The position numbers were made by a program, and so were the translations under genes. From Myxococcales bacterium (lineage in GTDB: Bacteria > Myxococcota_A > Polyangia > Haliangiales > Haliangiaceae), in contig JADJGV010000034.1 of NCBI GenBank assembly GCA_016707895.1, forward strand, positions 821,625-885,624: DNA of 64,000 nt, written 5' to 3'. Under the pieces are notes generated by a model. It was given only the letters and a program-made list of their open reading frames with translations, did not search any database and was not told where the DNA came from. Positions 59,912 to 64,000 of this stretch are shown here, piece after piece (within the stretch, counting starts at the first letter, position 1; each line of letters starts with the position of its first letter).

Positions 59912-60502
59912 TCACGACGACGTGACCTCGCCCTCGGCGTCGAGGAAGTACGCGTTGCCGGCCTGGACGATGAAGCTGCCCTCGTCGATCCAGTCGCGCA
60001 CGGCCTCGAGATCCTCGGGCGAGGCATCCGGATTCGCGCCCACGGCGTCGTCGTGCAAGTGGAACGGGAACGGCACCACGGCGTAGTGCCACAGGTCGGG
60101 GTGGATGAACGCGAGCATCGGCGCGCTCCCGACGTGGAGAAAGCCGATCTCGTCGGACAGCAGGTCGAGCAGCGCCTCGCCGTCGTCGAGCAGCTCGGCG
60201 TCGGCGTGGATCGCGCGCGCCGTCACCGTACCGTCGCGGTGGGACACGACGACGTTGAGCGGGGCCTGGTCGATGCCGGACAGCCGCGGCACGCCGACGA
60301 AGACGAGCGTCGGCAGGCCGTCGCCGCTCGCGCCGGCGAGCCATCCGTAGGCCTCGCTCGTCTGCACCAGGTAGCGCCGCGCCGGATCGACGAACTGCGC
60401 CACGGTGGCGACGTCCATGCCGAGCCGCTGCGCGATCGCCGGTGCGTCGTACGCGCGCAGGTCGAGCTTCTCGAGGAACGCCTTGTCGAGAAACCAGGTC
60501 AC
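59912..60502 (-). CDS. Hypothetical protein (196 aa)
   Basis: Clean frame MTWFLDKAFLEKLDLRAYDAPAIAQRLGMD... It is flanked by pepA-3' fragments. Confidence 0.55.
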   Translation of the reverse strand: MTWFLDKAFLEKLDLRAYDAPAIAQRLGMDVATVAQFVDPARRYLVQTSEAYGWLAGASGDGLPTLVFVGVPRLSGIDQAPLNVVVSHRDGTVTARAIHADAELLDDGEALLDLLSDEIGFLHVGSAPMLAFIHPDLWHYAVVPFPFHLHDDAVGANPDASPEDLEAVRDWIDEGSFIVQAGNAYFLDAEGEVTSS

Positions 60503-60764
60503 GAACGGAGTCTAGAACGCGGGTCGCGCGATCGCGCCGCGCGGCGGACCAATTCGGCGAGCCGCCGCAGCCGATGCGCGTGTCGGTCCCGCAGCCGGGC
60601 CGCGAGCTTCTCGGTGTGCGGTCGAGCTCGTCGTCGGTGTGGATCGTCGCGATCGCGCACCGGCGCCGTGGTCGCGACCGAGGTCATGGCGGCGGCGGCG
60701 AGCTGCCCGAGCTTCGCGATGGTCCGCGGCGGCGAGTCCAGCACGTCGGTGTCGACCGACGACG

Positions 60765-61397
60765 TCAACCGGCGGGTGGCGCGGCGGCTCGCCCGAGGTA
60801 GCGCACGACGAGCTCGATGAGCTCGGCGCGGAAGCCGGGCTCGTCGAGCAACGCCGGCTCGTCGACCACCGCCGCCTCGATGACCCGCTCGACCGCGTGG
60901 ACCGCGATCCACGCCATCAGCCCGTGGGGGCCGGGCCGGACGTCGTCGCGGCGGGTCATCGCGGCCGCGACCTCGCGGCGCACGGTGCGGTCGACCTCGT
61001 CGCTGACCGGCGCGGTCCAGCTCGGCGGCACCTGGCGGCGGATCGCCTGGCGCAGGCCGATGCCCCCCAGCTCGCCGAGCAGCGCGTCGATGATGCGGCC
61101 GGCCACCTCGGCCAGCGGCGCGTCGCCGGCGGTGACCAGGATCTGGACCGCCAGCGCCTCGGTGCGGCGCTCCAGCCGGCGGGCCAGCTCGGCGAGCAGC
61201 GCGTCCTTGTTGGGGAAGTACTGGTACAGCGAGCCGATGCTGACGCCGGCGCGCTCGGCGACCTGGTTGGTCGTGAAGCCGTCGAGGCCGCGCTCGTCGA
61301 GGACCTGGCTGGCGGCGGCGAGGACCGACTCGATGATGTCGGCGCCGGCGCGGGTGGACGGCGGCTTGCGGGGCGCGATCCGGCGGTCGCGAGGCAC
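60765..61397 (-). CDS. TetR-family transcriptional regulator
   Basis: HTH FTTNQVAERAGVSIGSLYQYFPNKDALL. It is divergent from a lipoprotein gene. Confidence 0.8.
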   Translation of the reverse strand: MPRDRRIAPRKPPSTRAGADIIESVLAAASQVLDERGLDGFTTNQVAERAGVSIGSLYQYFPNKDALLAELARRLERRTEALAVQILVTAGDAPLAEVAGRIIDALLGELGGIGLRQAIRRQVPPSWTAPVSDEVDRTVRREVAAAMTRRDDVRPGPHGLMAWIAVHAVERVIEAAVVDEPALLDEPGFRAELIELVVRYLGRAAAPPAG

Positions 61398-61413
61398 GGG
61401 GCGATGGTGCCAC

Positions 61414-61447
61414 GACCGGCGGCGCGCCGCGACCGGCGGCGCGCCGC
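61414..61447. promoter_or_regulatory. Tandem 17-bp direct repeat GACCGGCGGCGCGCCGC x2, each with the 12-bp perfect palindrome GCGGCGCGCCGC, in the divergent TetR/lipoprotein intergenic region (candidate operator); a third copy lies at 62519..62539
   Basis: The repeats are visible directly. The same unit recurs between the convergent ends of 61481..62497 and pepA. Confidence 0.45.
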
Positions 61448-61480
61448 GCCTGCTGCCCGTGGGGCGTGGTACCAGTCGTC

Positions 61481-62497
61481 ATGCGCGTTGCTCTGATCTG
61501 TTTGATGGTCGCGAGCGCGTGCGCCTCGACCGCGTCCCGCGGGACGACGGCGCCGCCGCCGACCCCTCGTCTCGATGTCACGACTGCGCCTCACGAGCCG
61601 GTCGCGCCGCCGTCGCCGTCGCCGCCGCCACCGCCACCGCCGATCGCCGAGGCGCCGGCCTGGGATGCGCCGCCGCCACGGCCGCACGTGGTCGCCGTCC
61701 TCGCCCAGGTCCCCGCGGCTGCGCGGTTCGTCGCCGGGCTCGACGCGGCGCGGCTCGTGCGCGGCCCACTCGCCAGCCGGTTCCAGGGCATGCTGGCCAT
61801 GGTCGGCGTGATGATGCCCGCCGCCTGCGGTGCGGTGACGCTGAGCCAGTTCGACCAGGTGGTCATGGCCGGCGTCGGCACCAAGGGCGATCACGTGGTG
61901 TTCCTGGGGCCGAAATTCGCGGAGCGGAGCACTGCGGATTGCCTGACGGCCGCGACGATGGGGCGCAACGGCGTGACCGTGAAGCGCCGGAAGGCGTTCG
62001 GGACCACCGTGTACTTCGAGGCGGGACCGCAAGCCACCGGCGGCGCGCTCGCCTGGAGCAAGGGCTCGGGGCCGATCGTGGCGGACCACGAGCCGTGGCT
62101 GGCGGCCGCGCTCGATCCCAAGGCGGCCAAGGCCGAGCCCGAGTTGGTCGCCCTGGCCAGCAGCGTCGATCACGGGCGGACGTTGTGGCTCGCCGCGCTG
62201 CTGTCCGAGCAAGACGTGGCCGGCCTCGGCGCGCCGCCGGGGACGTTCAGCGGGCCGTTCGCGTTGCGCCTCGGCGTCGACATCGACGGCGAGGCTGACA
62301 TCGACGTCGATCTAGTGTTCGCGTCCGAGGCCACCGCGGCGCAGGCCGCGGACTACCTGCGCAGCCAGTTCGCCCCGATGCAAGCCGACGGCGGCACGCG
62401 CGTGAGTCTGGGGGTGCACGGCGCCGAGGTGCGGCTGATCCTGCGCTTCGATGCCGCCAGCGTGCAGCGGTTCCTGGCGATGCTGCCCGCGAGCTGA
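61481..62497 (+). CDS. Hypothetical lipoprotein
   Basis: Lipobox LMVASACAS. A Pro-rich linker is followed by a globular domain. Confidence 0.6.
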   Translation: MRVALICLMVASACASTASRGTTAPPPTPRLDVTTAPHEPVAPPSPSPPPPPPPIAEAPAWDAPPPRPHVVAVLAQVPAAARFVAGLDAARLVRGPLASRFQGMLAMVGVMMPAACGAVTLSQFDQVVMAGVGTKGDHVVFLGPKFAERSTADCLTAATMGRNGVTVKRRKAFGTTVYFEAGPQATGGALAWSKGSGPIVADHEPWLAAALDPKAAKAEPELVALASSVDHGRTLWLAALLSEQDVAGLGAPPGTFSGPFALRLGVDIDGEADIDVDLVFASEATAAQAADYLRSQFAPMQADGGTRVSLGVHGAEVRLILRFDAASVQRFLAMLPAS

Positions 62498-62541
62498 GCG
62501 GCGCCGGCGCGCTCGCGCGACCGGCGGCGCGCCGCGACCGA

Positions 62542-63996
<1,455 letters not shown>

Positions 63997-64000
63997 GGCG

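Noticed and set aside
59545-60027. 160-aa minus-strand ORF that reads through the pepA-3' fragment
   Set aside because: It exists only because the duplicated fragment's stop codon is mutated. The upstream part overlaps the start region of 59912..60502 out of frame and is Arg/Pro/Ser-rich. It is interpreted as a relic, not a gene.

Overview
This is a dense, gene-rich 64 kb chromosomal segment of very high GC content (about 70%), with a strong GC third-position codon bias in real genes. I saw no rRNA, tRNA or CRISPR array. Several features point to a myxobacterial (Myxococcota) origin: two proteins with MYXO-CTERM-type tails (GC..hydrophobic..RRRRR-stop), a histone-H1-like KAKPAA-repeat protein, two large eukaryotic-like Ser/Thr kinases (one STAND-type kinase-AAA-TPR) and many lipoproteins. 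Recognisable housekeeping or accessory genes are argG, a GNAT acetyltransferase, deoD, a DAACS transporter, a cytochrome-b5/desaturase fusion, PAS histidine kinase, LysR and TetR regulators, patatin, PhnA, CotH, a UshA-like 5'-nucleotidase, DoxX, an OPT transporter, leucyl aminopeptidase pepA and a LolC/E-type permease. The items most worth a second look are: (i) a stand-alone YcaO-TfuA (thioamidation-type) gene pair with no obvious precursor peptide, next to an unusually AT-rich double-palindrome promoter region; (ii) a rifampin ADP-ribosyltransferase (Arr) gene; (iii) a recombination-scarred region at 56.3-62.7 kb, with diverged duplicated copies of the pepA 3' end and an internally deleted duplicate of a hypothetical gene flanking an OPT transporter; (iv) a DUF222/HNH endonuclease with an internal 27-bp tandem duplication next to a solitary MazF/PemK-like toxin; (v) a peptidoglycan-binding protein with a Cys/His C-terminal domain and no signal peptide; (vi) at least four apparent frameshifts at short C/G runs, which suggest indel errors (or pseudogenes) in this assembly. 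Many long Arg/Ala/Pro-rich ORFs in the supplied track lie antisense to or out of frame with real genes; they are GC-driven artefacts and were not called.
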